Under the pieces are notes generated by a model, which worked only from the letters and a program-made list of their open reading frames with translations, ran no database searches and was not told where the DNA came from. 64,000 nucleotides of DNA, from the NCBI RefSeq assembly GCF_964204645.1, contig NC_134031.1, positions 18,111,910 through 18,175,909 of the forward strand, read 5' to 3'. This document shows positions 14,001-26,848 of this stretch, piece after piece; the stretch's first letter is position 1; every line of letters begins with the position of its first letter. The DNA comes from Tubulanus polymorphus (Eukaryota; Animalia; Nemertea). The position numbers and the translations under genes were made by a program.

Positions 14001-17000
14001 AACCGTGTTAGACTTAAATATTTTCGTGGAAGCGGACACTGGTTTTTTTTCTTACCTGCATTTGAATGAGTTGAACGGGCATCGTGTGCGGGTCCAGGAA
14101 TGAACCTTTGAATGAATGGCACTCACTGGGAATCACAGTAGCAACGTGTTGAGCATTCTTCAGATCTGTAAAAACAAACAAATACGCGTGGAAATTAACA
14201 CTCTGGACAGAGTTGCGCAGTTGCATGGGATTTATTTGATTCTAGACCCTGTTCCACAGTTGCGGGGTAGAAATTGACTCTGAATACAGTTCCACAGTTG
14301 TGGGGTCTAGATTTACTCTGAACACAGTTCCGCAGTTGTGTGGATTTAAACTGACTCTAGACCCAGTTCCACAGCTGTAGGGTTTAAATTGACTCTATGG
14401 ATCCAGTTCCACAGTTCCACGGGTTTATTCAATATGACTCCATAGTTCGCTATCCAGAGATAAGACCGGTAGGGCGAAGCCGAAACTGTGCTGTTATCCC
14501 ATTACGATTACCATCATAAGAACAAATGCGAAGACTTATTTCGACATCTATGCTAAAACCAAATAATCAGAAATACCTTTTGGCTTAAAAGCTAAAATGT
14601 TATTGTAAGTAGTGAGACGAAGTGGACAGCTCAAGAGTACCAAATCCTCTTATAGATCCGATGCTCCTCTCCCCCTCCCGCTCCCATATCACTGTCCGAA
14701 CAAATCAGCTCTCTAACAGCTGTCTGCGACAAGGCTATAATCGTTCTGCTAATTCTACAGCTTGTACACACGTCTGATAGTTGCATCCACTTCAACAGCA
14801 TTATCCCTCTTTCTATATTTAGTCTCTGATGGACCAGGTCTCCCTACGATTTCTACTGGTCCTCACACCTAACTCATCATTCCTCCCTCCCTTCTCTAAT
14901 TAGTCCAGGGATTCAACCCGGGCTGTTTGTCACGGGTACTAGAACTGCATCCTGAAGGATATGATTTTTAGTAGATGGAATCCACGTGAATCTATAACAG
15001 ATTCCTTGGTGATTAATTTTTATCCAGACTGTGTCCGTTTATCTCTCATCTGCCAAATATCGACAGTTTTTTTCTCTACGGAATTTGTCTGAAGATAAAG
15101 TATGTTAAAAGTGGAGACCGCTGTTAGCAGCTCACATGTGTCTGGACATCAAGGGTTTCTACTTCAGTCTGATTCAATCTGATCGTTTATTGCCCCAGGA
15201 AATATCGCCGTTTTGATCTCTGGTGCAAATCTTTACCGTAAAACACGGTTCTGGACTCTCAAAGCAGATGCAAGAACATGTTTCGCTTCATTCGATTGAG
15301 ATCAGAGAGAGGTGGGAGAGAGGGCAGACAACCATGGTTTCTGGTTGAATTTAAGCTAAAAAGAGTTGATTTTCAATTTTTCAATTAGTTACAGCAATAG
15401 AGTCGCATAGCGCACAGAGCTGTGTAACCGTGGCTCGTGGTTTCTCAATTCAAAGACTTTCTAAGGACCCAGCTATTTCACAAAAATCGGGTTCCAGTTT
15501 CAAAATGTTGATTTTGGACTCTTTGGATATCGATTTTACTGATATGGTTAAACTATATCAAAAATAATCTACGTAACACCAGTATGAACTTGGGTCCAGT
15601 ATTAGCAAATTCTATGGAGACTGCTCCTATGTCTGAATGTCAAAATAAGCAGCTGCAAAATGTAAAACATATTTATGTGGAATGTGAACAGATTGAACGA
15701 CTTTTTAAAACAATCAACGTGAACAGACTGAGAGAGTGAGATTGAATGTCGATTTAACGTTACTACATTCGATATAAAACACGCGTAGTTTCAACAATCG
15801 ATAGAAAAATCATTAAACTTCCATTTTCAAAATGAACTGAATTGAGAAGCAGAGAATCTCTCGGAACATAATTGAAACGACGGACGCGCGCGCTCTACTG
15901 AAAGAACTCGAAGAGACGGAAAATAAATGATTTTTATTGAAAATCTTTAATTTCATTTCACCATCAACAAAAGCAATTCTAGATTGAAGAACAACCGTTG
16001 AACGTGAGTTTATCGAGATTTCAGATGACAAGGGATGGAATACCTTGACTGGATCAAGAGAACAAATTAAACCAACACAACTGTGGAACTGAGTCCTGAG
16101 TCAAATCAAATCCACACAATTGGAACCTGTGAAAACCAGTTTATTTCAAAGCGATATAGGGGTTAATTATTTTTAAATGGTCCCCTCTAGCTCCTTCCCC
16201 TCTCCCCTTCCTCTCCGCACCTCCCCTCCATCACCCTCCCCTCCAGCTCCCTTCTAATAAGTTACTAGAAGGCACATATACGCTGTATATTATCTAACGT
16301 ATAATGGTTCCGTAGCGATGGTTCGGCGATGGGTGTCATTTGGGAAATAGAAAACTCAGCGCTTTGTCGATAATTAATTTTCCGCACTACAGACACACAA
16401 TATAATAAACACAGTCATCTATATTTATCTATCTTACAGGTGACGACTACACAATCAGGATGATCTGACCTCTCACAATGAGGATGATCTGACCTCTCAC
16501 AATCAGGATGACAACCTCTCGACATTACTATCAACATGAAACAAATAAGATGCGATTATTGGTAACAATTTGTTACGGCGACCTCCGTTGAGTGCTTAAT
16601 CTGTCAGAGGTGACCATCTAGCATTGAATTATGAGCAACCTGGCTTCCTTCTAAGCACTGTACATCCTCTTAAAGTAATGATGGGTCTTTTTGCTGCAAG
16701 TCTATGGTAATCGTGGTCGGGTAGACGCCCGGGACGAATAAGTGTAACTCGATATCAATCTGCGTAGGAATATAGCCCCCCCCCCGCTATACAGCACTCA
16801 TAACCAGTTAATTTTTACAATCGGATAATTTCAAAAGAAACATCAGATAAAAACTGTTGTACCGATAATCAGAGAGTGATAGGGGGCATTGTAAATGAAT
16901 AGAGTCGCCAAACCTGCTGGTCACCAGGTCACCACACTGACAGACTGACCAGACAAACTGGGTTAGCAAATTCAGCCCAGTGGGTAGTGGTTCGCACGAT

Positions 17001-19619
17001 CGGCTTGCAAGCTGGTGGTTTACGGTTCGAAGCTACGGTTAGATAGATGAATTTACTTTATTTTGGTATTTATACGTGAAGAATCATTACTTGCTTAATC
17101 CAAAAGTTTAATTACAATTTTCTGCATATGTTCTATAAAGTTTATCCCAAAAAAGATTCCTTGCGGGTATGGATTATCGTCCATTTCGGATACGTAAAGA
17201 ACTCGCCTGCGGTCGATCGCTGTCAGTGACTGCCGATAAGATGAAGGTATTTAGTATTCAACAGCTCAGGGCTAGTGTTGAGTGGGTGACAAATTAATTT
17301 TCTAGAACCGTTGACAAGCGGGGAACACTACACAGCCCAGGGAACGGTGTCACGGCTATTCATTATTTTTTCATTTCGATCAGGGACACGGTCGAGTTCC
17401 GCGACGGCTGGAATTTTACACCAATCCAGAGAGAGAGGAAAAGCGAAGATACGTCGAATGCACCTCGTGCGTTGTATTATGTATTTTGCCGATGATATTT
17501 CGATGACTTCTATTGACAACATCGCGATATTAAATTCCTTCCGGCTCAGTGAGAGCGGGGCGTGGGATAGAGAAATTTAGACAAGGAGAGGAAGAGTAGA
17601 CAGGGGAAACGAGAGGGGAGAGAGACGAGAGAGAGAGGGAGGAACGGAAGGTGCTAGAGAGATCAGAGAAGAGAGAGGCGAGAGAAAGGGAGGGGAAGAG
17701 AGAGAGAGAAAGAGGAAGAATGGAAGGTACTTGGGAAAGGAGAGATAGGAAGAGAAAAAGCCGTGGAGATGAAAGAGTTGAGAGAGTGGGAAGATGAAAC
17801 AGTTGGGCGAACAGAAATGACAATTCTATCGATCATTTACTGCTTACACACGGATGTAAATTATCCCCTGATGGTGAAAAGCGCTTTCAATGTTTCCTAC
17901 ACCGATTATAAACGACACGTCACTGAATTCATTTAAATATCCGTCAATTTGTGGCCGCATTACCTTCAACAATAATACTACTTCACCCACGAGCCCAATC
18001 ACATGGTGCAGACTTTGCTCCATGAGCCTATATCTTAGTTTTCGAATTTATAAGATTTGACTTGTCATTGGCTTAGCTTTAATTTTGTACGTAATATCTT
18101 TTTAAGTTAATAAATCTTTCGGAGCCATAAAAATGGCTTCCGGTGGTGGTTCACATCAAGTGAAACTTTACCATTGGTTTAATCTACTAGAAAACCATGC
18201 GCATTGTCGCATTGTCTAGTTATTCAAACGCTAGCTGAAATAATAGTGGATAGTTGACAAAGTTTCATTAAAAAAAATGGATTTCCATCATAGTTTTTGT
18301 CCAACTTTTGAGCAATTGGACACAGGTCTATTGGTTCATTTTCGTTCAACGGACGCATGTACACCAAACAACCTTGAATATTCTAAGGCAGGTTTCGATT
18401 GAGCGTATTCCGGTTTGGTGATACACAATTCCGAATTACAAATTCTCTTCCTGCAGGTTTACAGATTATACTATTCCGGAATGGGTATTGAGTATTCTGG
18501 TCAAAACGAATGCGCCAGAAGAGAATTCCGGAATCGGTAGAGACCAATCGAAACCTGCCTGATATTTTCAAAAGACGATTTAAATATTCTACCTTCGATT
18601 GAAAATGTTCCGGATAAAATCTCATCGAGCGGGACTATATCGGTCTCATAGGCGCGGTCACATGACTGATAGAAAGATGGCGCCTCACGGAACGTCACTG
18701 ACGGCGTCACATCCGGGGCTAAATTCAACTGTACATCTTCATATTTCCGGCGAGTTCGAGTTTTAGTTCGAGATTGTGCCGGTTTGTTAACGGTGGCGCT
18801 GTTACGGGGTTCGGTACAGCTCGTGGCCCTGACTCCATTCTCTAAAACCTCCGTACTTCCATAACTACTATCACGTGACTCGCTGTCGGTCATACTTAGT
18901 TTCTCGAGGTTCCGGTCAGCAGCCATTAAGCGGGATTTCGAATGCCCGTTTTTTAAGTCGGAATTCGACCCCGATCGCGGGTGAATGTCATGTTTTTCAC
19001 GTTTACCGTTAACTACGCAACAAACAGTTTCAACGTGAACATCCGCTACCGCTGCTGCCGGTACAACGCCAACAACGTCACAATTTCCAGCGTTCGTCGT
19101 ATTTGAATTTTCCTCATCATTCGGACGACGTTTACGTTCCGTCGTTTTACCGGCATCACGGTTAAGCGCCACGAATCTATCTCGCGGGGAGTCGATATTT
19201 CGCCCGACGCACAGCAGCGGATTATCGTAGAAATTCCCACCGTCGCCGTCGACGTCTAAAACGCTACTTTTCGAATTAAAAACCTCATTATCCTCGGAAT
19301 CTGACAGACGAATTCCGTCATCGCGTTCTAAATCAATAGACAACTCATCACTGGGAGTTAACATATAATAATTCGGGGACATCTGAACGCGCGAACCGTC
19401 AATATACTCATCGTCTATAGGTAAAGTCGCCGGGCGGCTATTTTGATTTATTTCACTGTTATCACCACCGCATTGTTGACGCTGTTGCCGCGTTACCAAA
19501 TCGTCCACGTGTTCGAGCACCTGTCGGACCGATGCGCGCGTCACATGTAACGTCTGCTCCTCGTTACGTGAACGATTCAACTTCCGGTTGAGTCTTTGAA
19601 ATTCGTTTTCGGCGGCCAT
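2092..19619 (-). CDS. TMEM268-like membrane protein with a long low-complexity N-terminus; 3' exons not found, probably left of the window
   Basis: Exon 1 is 19619-18555 (aaaATGgcc; ends ...SFENIRQ|GT, phase 0). Exon 2 is 2346-2092 (tttttcAG|ATG, phase 0; ends ...FARNK|GT). The joined sequence 'MTKEDYMLALAILSKDVKITWHTVFYNKWL' followed by two hydrophobic helices resembles, from recall, the TMEM268 'TVEDY...LVND.RF..YN..YKR' region. Joining across the 16.2 kb intron is inferred from matching phase and sequence continuity. Confidence 0.6.
9520..10025 (+). repeat. ~33-bp minisatellite
   Basis: Unit approximately CACAGCAAAGTGTGACCCCACAAGTTAGTCATACCC, about 15 degenerate copies; it explains the repetitive ORFs here. 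Confidence 0.9.
11780..12035. repeat. Dispersed repeat family (TTAGACTGGTCTTA units ending in GCAACTGGCCCC)
   Basis: Related copies at ~5860-5940, 10400-10530, 22100-22212, 28250-28305 and 59080-59190. Confidence 0.7.
13176..13243 (-). mobile_element. tRNA-derived SINE-like head, degenerate
   Basis: Reverse complement AGTGGTCAAGAGGTAAGCG...GAGGTCGCAGATTTGAGTCCCGCTGGAG has box A- and box B-like motifs. Similar remnants lie at ~16975-17040 and ~40935-41000. Confidence 0.4.
13622..13796 (+). repeat. Short tandem repeats (GTGTCGA)5 and (GGACCGACACC)n
   Basis: Seen directly at 13622-13657 and ~13705-13796. Confidence 0.9.
14240..14425 (+). repeat. Dispersed tandem-repeat family with core GATCCAGTTCCACAGTT
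   Basis: Other clusters at ~8855-9030, 16080, 22040-22090, 31160-31225, 31610-31740, 50815-50925, 52720-52895 and 63515-63600, in both orientations. Confidence 0.8.
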
Positions 19620-19710
19620 TTTGTTTTTCCTAAATCGATTTTGTCGACGATAGTTCAAAAGTCGATATCATTTCACAGTGGAATTTTGATACGCAAAAAT
19701 ACACGGCGTA

Positions 19711-19745
19711 GCGGAACCGGAAGTGAGTAATTTTATCACGTGATT
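19711..19745. promoter_or_regulatory. Proximal promoter motifs of the TMEM268-like gene: ETS site CCGGAAGT and palindromic E-box/CLEAR-like TCACGTGA
   Basis: CCGGAAGT at 19717-19724 and TCACGTGA at 19736-19743, about 100-120 bp upstream of the ATG. Confidence 0.45.
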
Positions 19746-20634
19746 TGACTGCGGGTGTGGACATACAATCGGTATGTGTGAATAATTTGTCGGAAAATTA
19801 TTCAGGTTGCGTGCGCAATGTGTGGGATATGGTTCATGTATTTAGCCGATATTTGAGAATTGGCAACAAGCAGAAATAGCGTCTGAATTCTGGTGCAGGA
19901 ACTCAGTTCAGACTGATACCCGACTAATGAGTACGACGCACGATCTTCGCTCAGAAACCAATTTCTTTAGATTCGAATTTTACTTCGTATGAGGCATTAA
20001 CATCCATTAGCGTAACCCCAGAACATAAAAAAAGAAACAATTTTTACGTTTTGTTTGCGCCAGGTTTTTACAGCATATTCCCATTTGGATAGAATAGTTG
20101 ACAATGAGATCGCTACTAAGGATACCAATGCTACGAAAGTCAAAAGCGATATCAGCGATACCAGCGATATCCATGTAGCGATTTCCAGGTATGGATTACC
20201 GAATCGTAATCCTGAATTACCGGCTCGTAATCCTGCGATGGAATATTCCCGGATAGAAATCTCGGTCGATCTGTTCGTGGCTATTATTCCATCAGTCAGC
20301 TGTTATCGGAAACCTATTACTGTATTTCAGCGCTGATAGTTTATCTTGTCTCTTGATGCCGGCGCCGGTTACCGTTTAAACAGAAAGGAGATTTCCACAC
20401 TTTCATAAACTATTGATAACAGCGCTGGATTATCCCCGAATTATCAAACCGAGCAGAGTCAACCAGATATCATATAGTTTGATCCGATTCGAGAATAGTT
20501 CAGATTAACGCTTCTCATCGATTTAGTCAGACGACGGAACATTGTAAAAGACTTCTAGTCCTGAAAACCGAACAAAAGAGATCTAGATGTTAGATATTCG
20601 CAGGTAATCTTCGAGGTTTACATTCCTTGAATAA

Positions 20635-20865
20635 GTAAGACAGTCCTTCAATGAGTTAGCAGTCCACGATTAAGTTAGACGGTCCGCGGATGAGTTGAAC
20701 AGTCCTACAATGAGTTAGACAGTCCTGTAATGAGTTAGGCAATCTTGCAATGAGTTAGACATTCCACGATTAAGTTAGACAGTCCTCGATTAAGTTAGAC
20801 AGTCCTCGATTAAGTTAGGCAGTCCTCGGATGAGTTGAACAATCCTGCAATGAATGGGACAGTGC
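20635..20865 (+). repeat. ~20-bp minisatellite
   Basis: Units such as AATGAGTTAGACAGTCCT and GATTAAGTTAGACAGTCCTC, repeated about 11 times. Confidence 0.9.
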
Positions 20866-23800
20866 TGGAATTCAATGACTGGTCGATCCGAGTCAGAGAG
20901 ATTCGCGTGTTTGCGAGTTTAACAGTGATGAGTGATCTGGTGTCGCGTTCAGCCCGCGCTGTCGCTACAAGCCGCTTCATTCACCATCACTTCCAACACC
21001 ACCACCAGCACCAGTATACTGATTTTCAGACCGCACGAACAGACAAGCATCCCTCACTACTCCCAATAACTCACTCACTCGTTCACCACAAAGTCTCGAT
21101 TTAGCGCGAAACGCTATCACCCTCAAATCCTATCATTGATTAATACAGTCAAACTCGATTAAGTCGTCACATTACTGAAGTTTTCTCCATTTTCGAGTCT
21201 CAACTTATATTAACAATTCAATTTACTTAGTGTAAGTCATCAACATAATAATCACTTCGACGACTTATAAGCGAGTTTGACATATACAGAGCCTCCCGTT
21301 GATTGATATCTTCAAAAAATCATCCTCACTTCCACAAAATGAATTTACTATCTTCCCGTGCCATTAAATGAATCTTACAACAAGGACGACTCCAACGAGT
21401 CTGCGTCGACATCTCATCACATCGCTGCTGAAAATAATATAATCTATAACACAGATTAACTCTGTCAGTATGTGGCCTTGAACCTTGAGTCTTTGAGTTG
21501 CACGGTTCTCAGTATGAGAGGCAAATACATCGGTTCATTTCGATTCCAGATACAAATCTGTGAGGAAAAGAGAAAGATAGAAGAATTAGAGTTGAATTAT
21601 TTAATTTGAACCTTTTCACAGCTGTGAAATTCACACAATTGTGGAACATGCAACGAGTGGAAAGACTAAATATCTTCCCCAGTTTGATGAAATAGAAACG
21701 AAAATCCTATCAATTGTTATTATTAGGGCTGAATAATGATACTTAGAAAATGAACACAAAGTATCTTTTAACGAAATGTGGGCAGTTCATTACATTTGAA
21801 TGGAATTTCACACTCATTGTTGCTTAAGTAACATTTCGTTCGTTTATCGATTTATAAAAGGCGTTTGATGTAGAGGCGAGTTGTGTCGATAACGCATTTG
21901 ATACAGTGAAATATTGAGCCGCAATTTGTGACTAAGTGGCGCAAGCAATAGCAGCAGATAATGGACTCCAACAGTAACCGGATATACCTCTTTGTACCGG
22001 TTTCCCCTTTTGGACATTTCAAGTTATTTGCACTACAGGATCCAGTTCCACAGTTCTGAGTTAAGAGAGACGGATCCGGTTCCACAGTCGGGACTTATGT
22101 CCAAGATTGGTCCAAAACCTTAAGACTGGCCTTAAATTGGTATATTGGTTATAGAACTAAGATGGTTTTAGACCAGTCTCAAATCTAAACCATGACTTTG
22201 CAACTGGCCCCGGAAAACAGTTCCACACTTGTGAGTGAGTGTTCAAATCGCTTTATTTTCGATGAGTGAAATCAAAGTCAAATATCAATTCACAATTGTG
22301 AAACTGAACCCATAATTTCAACAAAATTTTCCCAGAAACCACTTTCGTACCCCTCTTTGCTTTTAAATGCTTACTGACTAATTTATTGAATTATAGATTC
22401 ATGAAGTACCTTCGAATTCAAGTGCGTAATGACGAATTCCGTAAATTTGTTGGTACCTGTTGATAGTCTCTGGAAGTGCAGTGATATAAAATAATAAACT
22501 CACCGAGTCTATTGTATGACGCATTTCATAAATCTATAACAACTGTTTTTAATTGTCCTCGATTTTTCTAATGTGAAAATAAACATATGTTACCTACATA
22601 CCTATCTACACAACGCCGCCGCATGAGTGTATGGGAGAGGGGCGCGGGGAGGGAGAGAGGGGCGAGGGGGTTTTCGTAATATGTACAATAAAATACATAT
22701 GCGACAATTGAAATGCATAAACATGTCGGTCCAGGTGTATATATTAATCTCCTATGTATAATAAGTATGATGATGTAATGGGCGGCACTGTTAACCCTGG
22801 AATTAAATCCACCTCAATCAGAGCATGGAAAATTACTGTTGAATTTATTGTTGAAATTATTACCATTTGGTCTCGGAAATTTCATTCCAGGGAGAAGGAA
22901 ATCTTCGCAACCAATCAGTTCATTTTATTCGGCCAACTGCTGCTGCTACTACTGCGGCTACAATTTTTATATTTCTAGTTTAATGCTGCTGATGTATTGC
23001 AGCTGGCCCTACTGGTGCTGCGGGTACTGTTGCTGCCTGCTGGCTGAGAAGGCTGTTCGTGACAACTTCTTCACTTAGTGAAAGTAAGATAGATGTAAAT
23101 GGCACAGAGTTACGCAGTGGTCACTGCGCCGGTTAGTCGGTCGTCTGCGGCGAAAAAGATTTATTGAATAAACGAGAGATTGATGCTTATCTGACCTATC
23201 AATTTGTTGAGTTTGAAAAAACCATTGCTATTGACACAAAACGTTTCACAAACCTTTGGCATTCTTTTTTCTTCTGGTTCGAATTTAGGCTATGTATTTG
23301 TTCAGATGGGAATATTGTGTGAGAGGTGCCTCTAAATGTGCAGTTCGTTAATTACCCTTCTAATTGAAAATGGCCGCTAGCAGTAGCAGCAGCAGCAGCA
23401 GCAGCAGCGGCGGCAGCGTGGAACTTATCAATACAAAAAATTCTACGCGGCTGTATTAGTTAGTTAATGGTATCACGTGATCGTATCCTGTCGTCGGTTT
23501 CAATAGTCTAATTACTGGACCATTGATCAAAACGCGCGAACATCACAACCATCTTTACAAAATACCATAAACCACCAACACGTTACACGCGTATCTGGGT
23601 GAACTACAAGTGTGATACGTTGGGTGTGATACATTTCAAGAGCCTGTGTCGATCTGATGAAGTAGCTGCCGCGCCTTTACTGTCGATACAGAGGTGGTTT
23701 GTACGTGACGTCACAGGGGTCTGTTCACAAAAACGTTTGATTCTTAAATCGATTTAAATTCTTCTTTAATTCAGTTTGATTTGAAACGAAGCACTGTTCG

Positions 23801-26168
23801 TGCGGTTATTGACGCTCATGATACAGACCCGTGTGAGACTATGAATAGTGCCGGATGATTAAAAACGCTACGATATTTATTTTGCGCAATAAATATCATA
23901 GTTTTCAACCATTTTTATGTTTAAAAGCTCATAAAACGTCGACGGATCTAAATTAACACATTATTTATTCTACAAATACGTTTTGTCACATATTACATAT
24001 AACATTTCATAGGCTGGATTTCAGACTACTCTGCTTCTGGCACGCGAGTAATACCCACGAGGAATGTTTGCTTCATGCGATTCTAATCCGAGTAGAATTG
24101 ACTCGCAGTGAAGAGTTTATCAACCATGAAATAATTTGTACCCGGTCGAAACTTCAAACCCCTCTGGAATTCATGCGATGAATAATGAAATTCAAATTCT
24201 ATTGATTATCTAACCGCTTAAACTGACATAACATATTATTAATCACCATTCTCTAAAAAGCTCGTCACGTGACAGGACGAATTGAAATTGTATTGATTAT
24301 TTAACCGTTTTAACAGGCAGCACTATAATCACCATTCTCTAAAAATCTCGTTGTAGGCGAGACATTGTATAATTTCGTTCGGGAGTTATTCTAGGCTGAA
24401 AGCTGTCTGTTCTGTTTGTGTTAATGACTTAAAACAAGGCACAAGCTGCAAGCCTACCCCCAACAGCACTTAACTGATTATACAATATCTCGATGCTGTC
24501 TCTAACAGAGACTCATAAAAACATCTAATTTCCCGACACGAATTCCAGCATAAATTGAATCGGAAATTCTCGAATTATTGCCATTTGAAAAATAAAGAAC
24601 GTGTCTCCTCCGATAAGTGGAGTTGGTCTATTTGCTTTTAACTAAATATTGAATGTCCTCGTGTTTAGTTTTGGAACCACAGAGAGGAGTCTAATCACGC
24701 ATGATGTAATTCACACGTTTTGTGTTCGAGGGCATTTCATTCAAATTTCATTTGATAATTCAGAAGAGTGGCGAGAGAGTGGAGAGCGGTGAGAGGAACG
24801 GGAGAAGACATGAGAGCGAGAGAGAGGGTAGTAAAATGAGGGAGAGAAGATGAGGGGAGAGTTAAACCGGAGGGGGTGGGGAGAGAAGAAGAGGGGAGGG
24901 AGGGAGAGAAACAGCTCTCCGCCCTGGTTGTTCTAGTCGGTTATACAATTTCATTATTTTCTCCATGTTAACAGTTTCACTACGTTAACGCAGCGGTTTC
25001 ACAGCATGGCTCTATTTCTAATAATAAAATTCGCCTCAAGAAAAACAACTTAATAAAATTCAGCTACAAGTTAATCACTTATTTCATTCATGTCTTGAAG
25101 AAATACGATTTCCTTTCACGTCAAATTCAAAACTCTAAGCACTCTATGAAACCGTGCCTCCCTCAACCAGGACCCTGCATCTGACAGACAATCTACCACA
25201 CCCATACCCTACGCCACAACCACATATTTGAGGAGTTACAGGTTTCAGACTGATTTGGTTGTTGAAAATGTTTTCAAAGATCTAAAGAACTTATTTTTGG
25301 TTTATCGTCTTAGAATTACAGCGGATAAATTGAGTGGCGTTTACGGCATTCTGTAGCAGCCTCAGGCGATTCACGGAGACCTGGAAATAACTGACAGATC
25401 GACGACAGTGAGAGAATATTTCCTGGCGCTCTGAAAATTGACGACGCAGAACTATCGATAAATGTGCTACATGTTTAAAGCGGCGGCTGGTTGTGTGTGT
25501 CCACCTCTGATAAAGTTCATACTCGTGACTCTGAAACACAATTCATAACACTAGGGGGCGGTTACCACTTGGGGCAGCTAACAGCAGTATGCCCCATCAG
25601 TGTGTTTAGAATGAACATTCGTCAATTTATTATATTCTTTTTTTTGGCCGCGCGCAGTTTTATGAGTTTTATTTGCTCAGAGACCAGTGAGGGGGTATCC
25701 ACAGGCTAACTGGTGTCAGAATTTTGATTATTTGCTAGTTTTGCGTGTGGATTTTTCATTCAACTTCTTGGGCCTAGTTCTTTTCTCTTTGGAATCATTT
25801 CTGATCTCTGGACTCAGAATCTGACCCATGGCATCTGGATCTGCACTCAGTTCGGGTCCATGGGCTCTGGATCTGGGCTTAGTAGGCCTCTGGTATATGG
25901 GCCCAGTTGTTGTGCCTCTGGTCCATGCATTTTCTTGTCTGTAGACTCAGTTCTGGAGTCTATATTAAGCTGCGTGCCGTTGTGTATGATGCAGGTTTAT
26001 TTACTGGTTTACGACCTGCAAAAGGCGAGTGCGATAAAATGCAAATCGCAGAAATTACTGGTGAAATTGGTGGTTGATTGATGACGGCGTGGCCGTGTGA
26101 TTACACGGGGGCTACACCCCGAGCAGTCCTCTCCCCAAATACCACAAATTATCACCAACAGATATACC

Positions 26169-26276
26169 GGGCCCAGTTTTAAAGACTGGTATTACCTTTA
26201 AAACTGGAGCTAACTCAATTCATTTTCGAGTTAGCCCCAGGGTTAAAGTTAATACCAGTCTTTAAAAAACCAGCCC
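26169..26276. mobile_element. ~110-bp palindromic MITE; second copy at 47589-47701
   Basis: GGGCCCAGTTTTAAAGACTGGTATTA...TAACTC/GAGTTA...TAATACCAGTCTTTAAAAAACCAGCCC, with a closely similar copy in a SURF1 intron. Confidence 0.75.
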
Positions 26277-26436
26277 ATGTACTGAAGAAACGTTTACTAC
26301 ACTGTTTTCCAGTGACTTGTGACATCATAAAGATCATGTTTGAATTAATACTAGGAAATATATTGTAAGTCAGTTCTGGCCTAGGAATCGCAGTGTACCT
26401 GTGCTGCTGTCGATACGGTTGCGATATTGAGGAACT

Positions 26437-26636
26437 AACGATGGCCGAATTGATTCTAGGAAAAAGATCGTAAGTCATTCCTCACCTAGGAATCAGAGTA
26501 ACGTTTCGTATAAGTAGTTTTCAACTTGGACGGAACGTGGATTTCTAAATTGAGAACTACTTAGACGAAACTCACTGCGATTCCTAGGCAAGGAATGACT
26601 TACGATCTTTCTCCTAGAATTAATTCGACCATCGTT
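26437..26636. repeat. ~200-bp imperfect palindrome (foldback MITE-like), with a partial extra arm at ~26337-26396
   Basis: AACGATGGCCGAATTGATTCTAGGAAAAAGATCGTAAGTCATTCCT... pairs with ...AGGAATGACTTACGATCTTTCTCCTAGAATTAATTCGACCATCGTT. Confidence 0.8.
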
Positions 26637-26848
26637 TGAGCTTGTTCATTTATTTTTCATTCCAAGAAACGCGGTCAGTAGAAAGATTTAGCATTATGAC
26701 AAATTCTGACGGAAAAACGAATCGATATATAAAATTCAACGCGAGAAAATTATCTTCATTGTCAAATTCAATTACTTTTGATGAATTCTATTCTCCAGAT
26801 ACGCCGAATGGCTTTTATTACAGCATATTTCAAAGATTTGCTAATCAT

